NCBI GenBank assembly: GCA_020720785.1
Contig: DYOA01000009.1
Span: forward strand, 844 to 64,843
Source: Leptospira biflexa
GTDB taxonomy: Bacteria; Spirochaetota; Leptospiria; Turneriellales; DYLW01
Direction: 5' to 3'
Length of the DNA: 64,000 nt
Part shown: positions 1 through 10,245 of the stretch, one piece after another
Layout of the letters: each line of letters begins with the position of its first letter
Position numbering within the stretch: position 1 is the stretch's first letter
Translations under genes and position numbers: made by a program
Notes under the pieces: generated by a model
What the model was told of the DNA's origin: nothing
The model's input: the letters and a program-made list of their open reading frames with translations, nothing else
Databases searched by the model: none

Positions 1-368
1 GTGTGGTGTTCCAGATAAAAATCCATGATTATTTCCAGCAGATGAAACAAACTCTTATAAAGGTTTTCCCGATAAAAAAAGCGGGTGGGACCCAGCAGAT
101 CGTTTATATCTTCCAGATGGATGTATCTATCGGCCCCCGTGAGACAGCTTTTCAGAAGTAATGATTCCCTGGGGATGATGATTTCTTTATTCGTGGAAAG
201 AAAGGTAAAATCCCACAGTGTGCAGGGATAGTAAAAGAGAGCACTTCTTTTTTTTGATTTCAGTATTCCGGGAATTTTAAAATGGGCAATTTTACCGTTT
301 TCCAGCAAGGATTTAAGAATCAGAGAATGGTCGGAAGTGGAATGGCGGTCATATATGAACGCTTTCAT
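1..368 (-). CDS. recO: Probable DNA repair protein RecO, N-terminal part (runs off window edge)
   Basis: Hand-translated open frame from ATG at 368: MKAFIYDRHSTSDHSLILKSLLENGKIAHFKIPGILKSKKRS..., resembling the RecO N-terminal OB fold; follows ybeY-CBS, a common recO context. Confidence 0.55.
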   Translation of the reverse strand, partial: MKAFIYDRHSTSDHSLILKSLLENGKIAHFKIPGILKSKKRSALFYYPCTLWDFTFLSTNKEIIIPRESLLLKSCLTGADRYIHLEDINDLLGPTRFFYRENLYKSLFHLLEIIMDFYLEHH

Positions 369-429
369 GAGGGAAAACGTCCTTATTGTTTATTGAACAT
401 ATCATTGTTATACTTTTTTTCTAATCCAG

Positions 430-1227
430 TCAATTTTCTTCCGGGGAATCATTTTCAATCTGGATTACAGCCCGGTCAATGGTCTGGCCTTTGTATTTAT
501 CCACGCTCAGAAAAATATTCCCATATTTAATTTTCTTGTCTTTTACAGGTTCTCCTTTGAACTCATGCAGGAGATATCCGGCCAGGGTGTTGAATTTTTC
601 TTCCGGCAGGTTCAGAGCCAGGTGGTCATTCAGATCTGTCAGGTTAATGGATGCATCCACCAGATACTGCCGTAATCCGATTTCTTTGATGGGGTTTTTA
701 TCATCATCGTACTCATCTTTAATATCCCCCACTATTTCTTCCATAATATCTTCCAGGGTCACCAGGCCGGATATATCTCCATATTCATTGACAGTGAGCA
801 CCAGATGGGTACGATTCATTCGCATTTCCCTCATCAGGGAGAGAAGTTTCTGGGATTCCGGTGCCACCTTTATTTTGCGGATATGTTCCGTAAGTTTAAA
901 CTTTTTAATTTTGTGAAATAAAACCGGTATAAGATCTTTTACATGCAGGATTCCCACGTATTCCTTTTTGCCATCTTTTTCTTCGTAAACCGGAATCCGG
1001 GAGTGTCCGCTTTTCCGGACAAGGGATTCAATATCGGCCAATGTGGCGTTAATGGGAAGGGATACTATTTTATTGAAGGGAATTTTAATGGAGTCTGCGT
1101 CAAAATTTTTCAGATTGATGATATCCAGAATCATCTGCATCTGTTCATTGCTGATTTGTATTTTTTCTTTTTTAAGAAAAGAAAAAAGTTTATCCCGCAG
1201 GGATTTTTTACTGGGCAGTATGCTCAT
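430..1227 (-). CDS. CBS-pair + CorC/HlyC transporter-associated domain protein (TlyC/CorC-like)
   Basis: SGHSRIPVY, VGILHVKDL, VNEYGDISGLVTLEDIMEEIVGDIKDEYD, FNTLAGY motifs. Confidence 0.88.
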   Translation of the reverse strand: MSILPSKKSLRDKLFSFLKKEKIQISNEQMQMILDIINLKNFDADSIKIPFNKIVSLPINATLADIESLVRKSGHSRIPVYEEKDGKKEYVGILHVKDLIPVLFHKIKKFKLTEHIRKIKVAPESQKLLSLMREMRMNRTHLVLTVNEYGDISGLVTLEDIMEEIVGDIKDEYDDDKNPIKEIGLRQYLVDASINLTDLNDHLALNLPEEKFNTLAGYLLHEFKGEPVKDKKIKYGNIFLSVDKYKGQTIDRAVIQIENDSPEEN

Positions 1228-1748
1228 AGATTGCTTGTTTTGGTTAGAAGAGAAATGGTCTTGGGGAGATTCAGAAATGCAAGAATCTCATTTTCCGCTA
1301 CGTTCATTCTTTCGCGCTCCTGCGGAGACGATTCGTGATCCATTCCAAGTCCATGCAGAATTCCATGCACAGCCAGTAAAGTCAATTCATCGACCAGGGA
1401 ATGATGGTTTTCCTCTGCCTGTTTATGGGCAATGGAATCACATATATATATTTCCGCATCAGGAAGTTTATTTTTCTGGGTGACCACATCGTTATCATAA
1501 ACGAATGTGAGAACATCTGTGGGATGATCTTTTTTCCTGTATGTTTTATTAAGTCTGTGGATATTTTCCTCATTATCCAGAATTAACTGGAACCGGAGAC
1601 TGAGGTTATGCAAAGTAAAATCCGGTATAATTGTCTGATAAGGAAATTTTTCTAATTTTTTTACCCTGTTATGGAATGTTCGGATTTCCGGGCATTTTTC
1701 GCGGAGGTGATTTTCTGAATGATGAATAAAGTTAATTATTAGTTTCAT
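1224..1748 (-). CDS. ybeY: rRNA maturation endoribonuclease YbeY
   Basis: LNKTYRKKDHPTDVLTF and HGILHGLGMDH zinc motif. Confidence 0.93.
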   Translation of the reverse strand: MKLIINFIHHSENHLREKCPEIRTFHNRVKKLEKFPYQTIIPDFTLHNLSLRFQLILDNEENIHRLNKTYRKKDHPTDVLTFVYDNDVVTQKNKLPDAEIYICDSIAHKQAEENHHSLVDELTLLAVHGILHGLGMDHESSPQERERMNVAENEILAFLNLPKTISLLTKTSNL

Positions 1749-2130
1749 TTCCTGTTTTTGAAAAATATTTTCTTGCCGAACTCATGTTTTCGTGAATCTC
1801 AAAATGGTCAATCAGATTGGTAAGAACCAGCAGTTCATGGACAAATTCAGAAGGGGAAACCAGAAGCAGTTTTCCGCCATTCTGTTCCACTGTTTTCTGG
1901 ATGGTGAGGATCATGGCAATACCGGTGCTGTTTATATAGCGGAGTCTTTCAATATTCATGATGCAGTTATAAACCTCATCTTCAAAAATATTCTGGATCT
2001 CTTTATTCAGGGATGTGATATTTTCCGAACGTATCTTGCCGGAAAGTGTAATAATGGAAACCTTTTTCTGAGAAATCAGCTCAATGCTACATTCTATCGT
2101 GGTTTCATCGTCATTTTTATCCATCCGCAC
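1732..2130 (-). CDS. STAS domain anti-sigma factor antagonist
   Basis: LRYINSTGIAMIL phosphoacceptor-serine motif, GGKLLLV; typical size. Confidence 0.87.
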   Translation of the reverse strand: MRMDKNDDETTIECSIELISQKKVSIITLSGKIRSENITSLNKEIQNIFEDEVYNCIMNIERLRYINSTGIAMILTIQKTVEQNGGKLLLVSPSEFVHELLVLTNLIDHFEIHENMSSARKYFSKTGNETNN

Positions 2131-2251
2131 TATTTTTAATTTTTAATCTGGTTTTACAAGCATAAATTTATATTATTATATTTTTTATCAGATTCATTGA
2201 GGGGCTATGGCAACGTAAAAAAGTTTGACACAAAGATTCGCGGGAATACGT

Positions 2252-3022
2252 ATGTATGTGGATATTCTGCTGGACGCTAAAATAAAAAAATCGGCGGAAA
2301 TTATACGGCACGCAAAGCGGGTAACGGCTTTTACCGGAGCGGGTATCTCCGTGGAAAGCGGGATTCCTCCTTTCCGGGGAGCCGGTGGATTATGGAGTAA
2401 ATACAACCCGGAATTTCTGGACATAAATTTTTTTTATGCCCAACCAGCACAGTCCTGGAAGCTCATTAAAGAGATATTTTATGATTTTTTCGGGCAGGCA
2501 CGGCCTAATGCAGCGCATGAGGTGCTGGCATGGATGGAAGAAAAGGGTTTTCTGCATGCTGTCATTACGCAGAATATTGACAATCTCCACCAAGAAGCCG
2601 GCAGCCTGGTGGTGCATGAGTATCACGGGACATCTGCTACGCTGGTTTGTCTGGAATGCGGGAAGAAGACCTCTGCCGGGGATTTGCGATTTGATCCCAT
2701 GCCGCCGATGTGTCCGCATTGCGGAAAAGGGGTTCTCAAGCCGGATTTCATTTTCTTTGGGGAGGGAATTCCGGAGCCTGCCCAGAGCAATTCCATGCGG
2801 GAGGCCCATGAGTCCTCCGTTTTTCTGGTGATTGGCACCACAGGTGAGATTATGCCGGCCTCCATGATTCCCCAATACGCCAAACGCCGGGGAGCGACCA
2901 TCATTGAGGTAAACCTGGAGCCTTCCAATTATACATTGGGCACAACGGATATTTTTTTACATGGAAAAGCTACAGAAATATTATCCGCTTTGCGGCAGGA
3001 ATTAAGTGCGGATTCCGTTTAA
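2252..3022 (+). CDS. cobB: NAD-dependent protein deacylase, Sir2 family
   Basis: TGAGISVESGIPPFRG, ITQNIDNLHQEAG, HG, CxxC...CxxC, KPDFIFFGE; start approximate. Confidence 0.93.
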   Translation: MYVDILLDAKIKKSAEIIRHAKRVTAFTGAGISVESGIPPFRGAGGLWSKYNPEFLDINFFYAQPAQSWKLIKEIFYDFFGQARPNAAHEVLAWMEEKGFLHAVITQNIDNLHQEAGSLVVHEYHGTSATLVCLECGKKTSAGDLRFDPMPPMCPHCGKGVLKPDFIFFGEGIPEPAQSNSMREAHESSVFLVIGTTGEIMPASMIPQYAKRRGATIIEVNLEPSNYTLGTTDIFLHGKATEILSALRQELSADSV

Positions 3023-5002
3023 TTGGAGTAGCTTTTCCGGTTCCACATCCCGGCCGATGAATTCCCGGAAAAGTTCATTCATATTGCGGGAAGACCCTTT
3101 TTCCAGAATGGCGGTTTTAAAATCTTTCCCGATTTCCTGATGGAAAATCCCGTTATCCGCAAAGTATAAATACGCATCTGCAGCATAAACCTCCGCCCAT
3201 TTGTAGCTGTAATACCCGGCGGCGTATCCACCCCCAAAAATATGGCCAAACTGATTCTGGGTTTTTTCATAGTCAGCCGGTGGGATGATTCTGGTTTTTT
3301 TGCGGATTTTATGCAGAATTTCCTGGATTTCCGTGCCCTGGTGCAGCTTGATGTGGAGATTCATATCGAATGCGGCAAATTCCATCTGGCGTAACAGCTG
3401 CATGGCGGAGTGGAAATTTCTGTTTTTTTGTATTTTCTCCATTTCCGCATCCGGAAGTTTTTTCCCGGTCTGGTAGTGGTATGCAAACATTTCCATAACC
3501 TTTTTATCGTAGGCAAAATTCTCCAGAAACTGCGAGGGAAATTCCACTACATCCCAGGCAACCCCGTTCACGCCACTGTTAAAGCATTCTGTTGTTTTGC
3601 TGAAAAGATGGTGGATGGCATGACCCATCTCATGAAATAATGTGACCACATCATCGTGTTTCAGAAGCGATGGAATATCCCCCTTGGCCTCCGGGAAATT
3701 TCCCACAATATATGCTACAGGGAATCTCTGTTTATTCTTTCCGTCCACGCAATGGGAGACCCAGTTATCCATCCATGCTCCGGATCTTTTTTGTGGGCGG
3801 GTTTCCAGATCCATGTAAATTCGGGCAAAAGCACGGGAGTTATTTGTGAGATCATAAACCTGGACATTGGGGTGCCAGACATTGGTATGGGCTTTCCGGA
3901 AGCTGATTCCGAACAGTTTTTCCAGAAACTTCATCATGCCATTGACCACTTTTTCTTTTTCAAAATATGGCTTGATGGCGTTTTCATCCAGACCCAGCAT
4001 TTCTTTCTTGTACAGGTTGGAATAATAGGCCAGATCATAAATTTTTATGTACTTTTGCCCTTTGTCCGCCGCGAATTTTTTTAATTCCTGGGTTTCTTCC
4101 TTTGCCTGTTTCCGGGATTTTGTAACCAGATGATCCAGAAATCTTACCACTTCCTTGGGTGACCCTGCCATTTTCCGTTCGATGGAATATTCCGCATAGT
4201 TTTTGAATCCCAGCAGGGTTGCTTTTTCATGCCGGACTTTCAGAATTTTATCAATTATTTTTGCATTTTGGGGTGCCCGGGTGGTATATGCTTTATGCAG
4301 TATTTTTCTTATCTCCGGATTGGGCCCATAGGTCATATAGGCAGTGTAGCTGGGTGCCTGGAGGGTGAATTTATAAACAGTTTTTGTTTTCTCTTCCCCT
4401 TTTTTGGATTTTTTCTTTATCTCCATTTTTGCAGACATCAGTTCATGCTCCGGCATGCCTTCCACGTCTTTTTCATTTTCAATGATGTATTCAAATTGGG
4501 CTGTGGCATTTATCAGATTCTGGTTAAAATCCTTGGTGAGGTCGCTGAGCTTTAAATTGAATTCTTTGATCTTTTTCTTGGTTTTCTTATCAGCACCAAT
4601 TCCTTCCAGCTCATACTCACGGATTTCTCTCTGGAGCAGTTCTTTCTGTTCGTCGGTCAGTATATCTTTTCCGGATATTTCTTTGAGGGTAGAAAAAATC
4701 CGTTCGTCCTGGGAAATTTCTGTGGCATATTCTGTCAAAATGGGAATAATTTCCGCATAGATTTTTTGACTGTCTGCGGAGTTGTTCACAGAGTTTTCCA
4801 CCATAACCGGCCAGGTTACCCGCTGGAGCTCTTCTGCCATATCCTGGAAGGGCTTCATGAAATTCTGAAAGGTTTTTTCCGGCATTTTCAGAAGGGTTTC
4901 CAGATTATTTTTATTCCATTCAATCTGATCTTTCACTCTTTGTGTTATTGTATCCAGGGGCTTGGCGGGGTATTCGGGAAACAAGGATTCTGCTGGTGTC
5001 AT
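3002..5002 (-). CDS. prlC: Oligopeptidase A, M3A metallopeptidase
   Basis: TLFHEMGHAIHH, WDVVEFPSQFLE, FGHIFGGGYAAGYYSYKWAEV; start set at MTPAES. Confidence 0.92.
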   Translation of the reverse strand: MTPAESLFPEYPAKPLDTITQRVKDQIEWNKNNLETLLKMPEKTFQNFMKPFQDMAEELQRVTWPVMVENSVNNSADSQKIYAEIIPILTEYATEISQDERIFSTLKEISGKDILTDEQKELLQREIREYELEGIGADKKTKKKIKEFNLKLSDLTKDFNQNLINATAQFEYIIENEKDVEGMPEHELMSAKMEIKKKSKKGEEKTKTVYKFTLQAPSYTAYMTYGPNPEIRKILHKAYTTRAPQNAKIIDKILKVRHEKATLLGFKNYAEYSIERKMAGSPKEVVRFLDHLVTKSRKQAKEETQELKKFAADKGQKYIKIYDLAYYSNLYKKEMLGLDENAIKPYFEKEKVVNGMMKFLEKLFGISFRKAHTNVWHPNVQVYDLTNNSRAFARIYMDLETRPQKRSGAWMDNWVSHCVDGKNKQRFPVAYIVGNFPEAKGDIPSLLKHDDVVTLFHEMGHAIHHLFSKTTECFNSGVNGVAWDVVEFPSQFLENFAYDKKVMEMFAYHYQTGKKLPDAEMEKIQKNRNFHSAMQLLRQMEFAAFDMNLHIKLHQGTEIQEILHKIRKKTRIIPPADYEKTQNQFGHIFGGGYAAGYYSYKWAEVYAADAYLYFADNGIFHQEIGKDFKTAILEKGSSRNMNELFREFIGRDVEPEKLLQLNGIRT

Positions 5003-5122
5003 ACGGACATAATAATAAAAGTATCCGGATGATTCCACTTTTTCTCTGACGATATTTTTGCAATGAGATATTTTAAAAATTGATTGACGGACAAAATACA
5101 AAGAAATTATCGCTTATTATAC

Positions 5123-5806
5123 ATGCGAAAAAATATCCAGAAAGTCAGCATTGCGTTGCTTCTCATACCCATGTTCCTTTATGGGTTTGATTTTACCCAT
5201 CCGTCCGATGTGGTAAAACGTATGAAAGACGCCTTCGCAAAAGTGGACTCCTATTCCGCCAGTTTTGCCATAGTATCCAAAGATCCCAAGGGTACGAAGA
5301 CTTCCAAAGGGATGGCGTATTTCAAGAAACATGGAAAGATCCACTTTGCCTTTTCCCAGCCCGGGGGAGATAAAATAATTTCCAATGGGAAAAAAATGTG
5401 GGTATACATCCAAAGTCTGAATGCCGTGGGCGTGCAGAATCTGGATTATCAAAAAGACGGGAAAAGTATCTACTCCGCAACGTCTTATACCGGGCTGATC
5501 AATATTTTCAACCGCTACCACTATCGCTTTGATACTCCCCGCCAGCCAGTGGATACGGAAAAGGGCAGGTATTATATCCTGGCCTTGAAGGAAAAAGTGG
5601 CATCCGGCGGGTTTACGGATATGAAGGTTTATGTGGATGCCGGTACTTATCTGATCCATCGTATTGAAGCCCAGAGTGCCGGGGGGAGATCCCTGGTGCT
5701 GGAGCTGTCCAATATTAACCTCTCCACAGATATTCCGGACAATCACTTCATCTTCCGGGTGGAAGGAAATATCAAAGTGGTGGAAAATCCATTAACAAAT
5801 TTTTAA
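5123..5806 (+). CDS. lolA: Outer-membrane lipoprotein carrier LolA family protein
   Basis: Signal peptide; G-x-A-Y-F-K-K-H-G-K and IISNGKKMWVY pattern; lolA-rodZ-rimO-pgsA synteny. Confidence 0.8.
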   Translation: MRKNIQKVSIALLLIPMFLYGFDFTHPSDVVKRMKDAFAKVDSYSASFAIVSKDPKGTKTSKGMAYFKKHGKIHFAFSQPGGDKIISNGKKMWVYIQSLNAVGVQNLDYQKDGKSIYSATSYTGLINIFNRYHYRFDTPRQPVDTEKGRYYILALKEKVASGGFTDMKVYVDAGTYLIHRIEAQSAGGRSLVLELSNINLSTDIPDNHFIFRVEGNIKVVENPLTNF

Positions 5807-5829
5807 AGGATTAACGGGAATAATTGATT

Positions 5830-6957
5830 ATGAAAGGTACCGCCGGCGATTTACTCAGAGAAGCAAGAGAGAGCAAGAATATCAGTGTCACCCAGGCCGC
5901 CAATGAGACCAATATAACCGGGCGGCATCTGCGGGCATTGGAAGAAAATAATTTTGGGATGTTCCCCGGAGAAACCTATGCTGTGGGCTTTCTGCGGAAA
6001 TATTCAGATTATCTGGGGCTGGATTCCTCCAGGGTAATCCAGCTTTACAAGGGATCCCTTCTGGTGGAAAAAGAACCCCCCATTGCAGAGCTCACCCGCC
6101 CCACCATTACCCGGGGAGACCATTTCAGAAAACTGGCTCTTCCGGCCATTCTGGTGCTCCTGGTTCTGGGGCTGGTCCTGACCATTTACAACTCCTTTTT
6201 TTCCGGCAGCACGGATGAGACGGATTCTCCGGATGCAAAGAATTACAGTTATAACGAAATTCTGAAAAAATCGGACCGGGTTCCGGATGTGGAGACAGAT
6301 AATATACATTTCCGCAGTGGATACACCACGGCCATCGTCACCAGGGATAAGGGTGTGAATTTCTCCATTGAAAATTCAGAAATTTATCTTGTGCTGAAAG
6401 AGCTGAATTACATGGTAGCAGATCGTGGCAAATCCACAGCAACATTTGAGTATTATCCTGGGAAAAAATTGATTCGTATATCGGAAGGGGATAATATCCA
6501 GATATCAGAAGCAAACCAGCCAAGGGCTTTTTACCTTAAAATGGCTGGAGCCACCCCCAATAATGCAAAAATAATCATCGCCCTGAGCAATGAAGTAATG
6601 GAGCCCACGGAGGATAATCCGGAAGGGCAGGCTCCGGTGGAGGATGAATCCAGAGTGACCAATCCATCCAACTTTATTATTGTTATGAACGCAGAATTCA
6701 CATCAAATAATTTTGTGGAATTTTATGTGGATGGCAAGCCCAGAAAAAAGGGAGAGCTTCCTGCCGGATCCATCCTGAGATATGAAGCCAATGAAAGTAT
6801 CCAGATGAAGATAGGAGATGCCGGCGGTGTAAAGCTGACCATTAACAATGAGACTTTTACTCTGGGAAAAAAAGGGCAGACCATCAATAAAATTGTCCGC
6901 AAAGTAAAAGATCCCATCGAACAGACCCGCTATAAAATCATCCTGAAAGATTTATAA
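5830..6957 (+). CDS. rodZ: RodZ-like protein (HTH_25 + TM + DUF4115)
   Basis: GDLLREARESK...LRALEENNF...FPGETYAVGFLRKYSDYLGLD, single TM, C-terminal IGDAGGVKLTIN. Confidence 0.8.
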   Translation: MKGTAGDLLREARESKNISVTQAANETNITGRHLRALEENNFGMFPGETYAVGFLRKYSDYLGLDSSRVIQLYKGSLLVEKEPPIAELTRPTITRGDHFRKLALPAILVLLVLGLVLTIYNSFFSGSTDETDSPDAKNYSYNEILKKSDRVPDVETDNIHFRSGYTTAIVTRDKGVNFSIENSEIYLVLKELNYMVADRGKSTATFEYYPGKKLIRISEGDNIQISEANQPRAFYLKMAGATPNNAKIIIALSNEVMEPTEDNPEGQAPVEDESRVTNPSNFIIVMNAEFTSNNFVEFYVDGKPRKKGELPAGSILRYEANESIQMKIGDAGGVKLTINNETFTLGKKGQTINKIVRKVKDPIEQTRYKIILKDL

Positions 6958-6958
6958 T

Positions 6959-8281
6959 TTGTCCACCCGCACCGGCAACCGTGTATTCATCCGGACTTTT
7001 GGATGTCCCAAGAATGAGGTGGATTCCCGCACCCTGAGAGCGGAATTAATCCGGAAGGGCTATGTGACTGTCCCCACTGCGGAGAAGGCGGATCTGGTTA
7101 TTCTGAATACCTGTTCCTTTATCAACGACGCACGGAAGGAAAGCATCGACGGCATTTTTGAGGCAATCCAGGTAAAAAATAATTCAGATGGGGATAAAAA
7201 GGTCTGCGTCATTGGATGTCTGCCGTCTTTGTATGAGACGGAACTGAAAGCGGAGATTCCGGAAATAGATTTTTCCTGGGGGGCAGACCGCTTTCGGGAC
7301 TGTGCCCACTCCATAGCTGATACATTCCCCCACCATAATTCTCTCCAAAGCCAGGAGGAAACACGGAAAGAAGTCCGCACCCATCCATACGAATATTTGA
7401 GGGTATCCCGTGGCTGTTCGCGTTCTTGTGCTTTCTGCTCCATTCCCGGAATCCGGGGGAAATATACGGAATACCAGCTTTCCCAGGTCAAAGAGCAGAT
7501 GGAGCATATCCGGGAGGCGGGTGGTATTCCCCCGGAAGTGGTATTGGTGGCACAGGATATGACTTCCACCCGTCCGGACTTATTGCGGGAAACCCTGGAA
7601 TACCTTTCCGGAATGGAGGAAATTCACTGGATACGCGTGATGTATTTATTTCCTGACCGCCGGATATTTCCGCTCATGGATTTATGGAAAGATTATCCCA
7701 AGCTGGTATCCTATATGGACATTCCTTTCCAGCATATTTCTTCGGCCATACTGGAAAAAATGAACCGCCCGGGCGATGTGGGGTTATTCCGAGAGATTCT
7801 ATCCCGTGCCCGTAGCCTTCGGGAAGATATTGAAATCCGCACGTCTTTTATTCTGGGATTTCCTGATGAAACAGAGAAGGATGTGGAGACCATCATCCAT
7901 TTTCTGGCCGAACAACCCCGCATCCAGAAGGTGGCTCTTTTCCCGTATTCCCATGAAGAATATACCCCATCCTATCATCATTTCAAAGACAATGTATCAT
8001 CACGAAAAAAGGCTTCCCGGGTTAATAGGGTGCGGGAAGCGTTCCTGGAGTCCAGAAAGGGATTTAGGGAAAGTCTCATCGGTAAAACAGAAAAAATGAT
8101 CATTGACCGTATTGGGAAAAAGGAAATTATAGCTCGGAGAAGCCAGGATGCTCCGGAAGTGGATGAATTGGTTTTTATTGATACCAATAAGTCAATAAAA
8201 AATTCGCTGGGGGATATTGTGGATGTACAACTGGAATATCCAATGGAGTATGACTGGACGGGGAGCATCATCCGTGAGTGA
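6959..8281 (+). CDS. rimO: Ribosomal protein S12 methylthiotransferase RimO (TTG start)
   Basis: TFGCPKNEVDS, NTCSFI, GCL, radical-SAM CSRSCAFC, DAPEVD TRAM region. Confidence 0.87.
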   Translation: MSTRTGNRVFIRTFGCPKNEVDSRTLRAELIRKGYVTVPTAEKADLVILNTCSFINDARKESIDGIFEAIQVKNNSDGDKKVCVIGCLPSLYETELKAEIPEIDFSWGADRFRDCAHSIADTFPHHNSLQSQEETRKEVRTHPYEYLRVSRGCSRSCAFCSIPGIRGKYTEYQLSQVKEQMEHIREAGGIPPEVVLVAQDMTSTRPDLLRETLEYLSGMEEIHWIRVMYLFPDRRIFPLMDLWKDYPKLVSYMDIPFQHISSAILEKMNRPGDVGLFREILSRARSLREDIEIRTSFILGFPDETEKDVETIIHFLAEQPRIQKVALFPYSHEEYTPSYHHFKDNVSSRKKASRVNRVREAFLESRKGFRESLIGKTEKMIIDRIGKKEIIARRSQDAPEVDELVFIDTNKSIKNSLGDIVDVQLEYPMEYDWTGSIIRE

Positions 8282-9023
8282 AAGAAAAATAACCATACCA
8301 AATATTCTCACCTTTTTGCGTATTCTGGCCATACCGTTCTTTTTATATTATCTGTTATTACCGGATGCAATTTCCCGTTTTATTGCCCTGGCCATTTTTG
8401 TGGGGGCATCCCTCACGGACTTTCTGGATGGGTTCCTGGCACGCCGCCTCAAAATGGAAACTAAACTGGGCCGGTTTCTGGATCCGCTGGCGGATAAATT
8501 TCTGGTCATTGCCACGCTGATTGCTTTTCTCTTCCTGGATGACCAGATACCTCTCTGGATGGTTCTGGTGATCATTGCCCGTGATTTTCTGATCACATTT
8601 ATGCGTTATCTGGCTATCCGCAGGGGTTATGAATTGAAAACAACCCGGCTGGCAAAGACAAAGACCGCTTTCCAGATGCTTTCCATTGTTCTGATCCTGA
8701 TGATCCTTGTGGTTCGCTCTTCCATACCGGATATGGAGCGGGTTTACACGCAGGGAATACTGGAAGGAAAAACCAAAACTGCCATTGCCACGGAACATCT
8801 CCAGGAGGCTTGGACATCCCTGAAAAGCCAAACCATCACAGAAACTCCGGATGGCAGAAAGGTCTTTGCCCGCTTTGTCCCTTATTTCCTGATGTATATT
8901 ACCGCCGTAGTTACCCTTCTTTCCGGGGTGCGGTATATTTACTCCAATTATCAGATTTTTTTGCCTCCCTATACATCGCGGCAGATGGCCATAAAGAAAG
9001 ATCCGGATAAGAGTAATGAGTAA
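8274..9023 (+). CDS. pgsA: CDP-diacylglycerol--glycerol-3-phosphate phosphatidyltransferase
   Basis: TIPNILTFLR, TDFLDGFLARR...GRFLDPLADK motif; GTG start overlapping rimO end. Confidence 0.92.
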   Translation: MSERKITIPNILTFLRILAIPFFLYYLLLPDAISRFIALAIFVGASLTDFLDGFLARRLKMETKLGRFLDPLADKFLVIATLIAFLFLDDQIPLWMVLVIIARDFLITFMRYLAIRRGYELKTTRLAKTKTAFQMLSIVLILMILVVRSSIPDMERVYTQGILEGKTKTAIATEHLQEAWTSLKSQTITETPDGRKVFARFVPYFLMYITAVVTLLSGVRYIYSNYQIFLPPYTSRQMAIKKDPDKSNE

Positions 9024-9471
9024 AAATCTCCTTCTGTATGATTTTTTATCCACAGGTTTTTTTACGGGATACATAACCCCGGCCCCCGGAACCTGGGGTT
9101 CGCTGGCAGCGTGGCTCATGTATGTGGCCATTTTTATGGGCGGATGGATTTTTCCTCTGGCGTTTCTGGTTTTTTTAACATTGGTAATTCTGCTGGGAAT
9201 ATATACTTCCGGAATGATGGAGCGATTTCTGGGAGAAACGGATCCATCCCGTATTGTTATTGATGAATGGGCGGGAATCTGGCTTGCATTATTTGCCATT
9301 CCCCAGAATATGCTTTCTTTCTTTCTGGCGTTTGTATTATTTCGCATTTTTGATATTGTGAAGCCCTGGCCGGCAAATATCTCCCAAAAATTACCGGGCG
9401 GATGGGGGATTATGACCGATGATATCATTGCCGGGGTGTATACCATAATCCTCATCCGGGTGATATTGTAA
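9016..9471 (+). CDS. pgpA: Phosphatidylglycerophosphatase A
   Basis: PAPGTWGS, DPSRIVIDEWAG, FRIFDIVKPWP, GGWGIMTDD. Confidence 0.93.
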   Translation: MSKNLLLYDFLSTGFFTGYITPAPGTWGSLAAWLMYVAIFMGGWIFPLAFLVFLTLVILLGIYTSGMMERFLGETDPSRIVIDEWAGIWLALFAIPQNMLSFFLAFVLFRIFDIVKPWPANISQKLPGGWGIMTDDIIAGVYTIILIRVIL

Positions 9472-10245
9472 ATGATGGCAAAGAATTACCAGGATATCTT
9501 TTTAATTTATCAGAAAAAACTTTCGGGATTTTCCCGGAAATTGCTGGATCTGGAAAATCAGAAATTTCAGGTCCGGGAATCCATGGATATCCTGCTGGAA
9601 GAATTGGTTTCTATGAAAAAGGATTTTCTGGAATGGGAAAACCGGAATCCGGAATTTTACCAGCGGCTGATACGGTTTCTGGAGATCATGCGAGGTGAGC
9701 AAAAAAAATCCCGCTACTCAGCCGATGAATTCCATCGGTTTCATGCAGAAATTGAGGATCTGGTGAAATCCCTGTCCGATGATTTCCGTATTAAGGAATT
9801 ATCCTTCCGGTCACCTCCGGCAGTAACCGAATCGGGAAATTCGGTGAAAACCATGAAAAAAACCGTGGCACTGGATAAATTTCTGATGATGCGTAACGGG
9901 ACCATGCATTTTCTGGTGCCCTATTCCCAGAAAATCACAGCAAGAAAAATAATATCCTGTAAAACTGCAAAAATAAAATATAAGAATATCACATATCACT
10001 TTCATTCTCTTCCCGGCACTCTGGACAATGAAAAAAAAATCCGCACCGCTGTTTTGCTCATAGATAAAAATGGAAAAAATAATGGAATTCTGGGTGATGA
10101 AATAGAGAGGGTGTTTTATTATAACGCCCGTAAAATGAAGGAAAAACTGGAAATCACCCGGTATGAAAAAAAATTTCTGGAGTATTTCATCTTTAAGGGA
10201 AACCGCTACTATCTGTATCCTCCGGATCATTCGACAATCCCATGA
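9472..10245 (+). CDS. Hypothetical protein; N-terminal helical region, possible degenerate CheW-like C-terminal domain
   Basis: Abuts pgpA and the next gene in an operon; beta-rich C-terminus with GILGDEI. Confidence 0.6.
   Translation: MMAKNYQDIFLIYQKKLSGFSRKLLDLENQKFQVRESMDILLEELVSMKKDFLEWENRNPEFYQRLIRFLEIMRGEQKKSRYSADEFHRFHAEIEDLVKSLSDDFRIKELSFRSPPAVTESGNSVKTMKKTVALDKFLMMRNGTMHFLVPYSQKITARKIISCKTAKIKYKNITYHFHSLPGTLDNEKKIRTAVLLIDKNGKNNGILGDEIERVFYYNARKMKEKLEITRYEKKFLEYFIFKGNRYYLYPPDHSTIP

Noticed and set aside
61..90. Suspected frameshift at the A7 run in the recO-like gene
   Set aside because: Recount shows the frame stays open to the window edge
8358..9455. 365-aa minus-strand ORF
   Set aside because: Antisense shadow of well-supported pgsA and pgpA; no recognisable motifs
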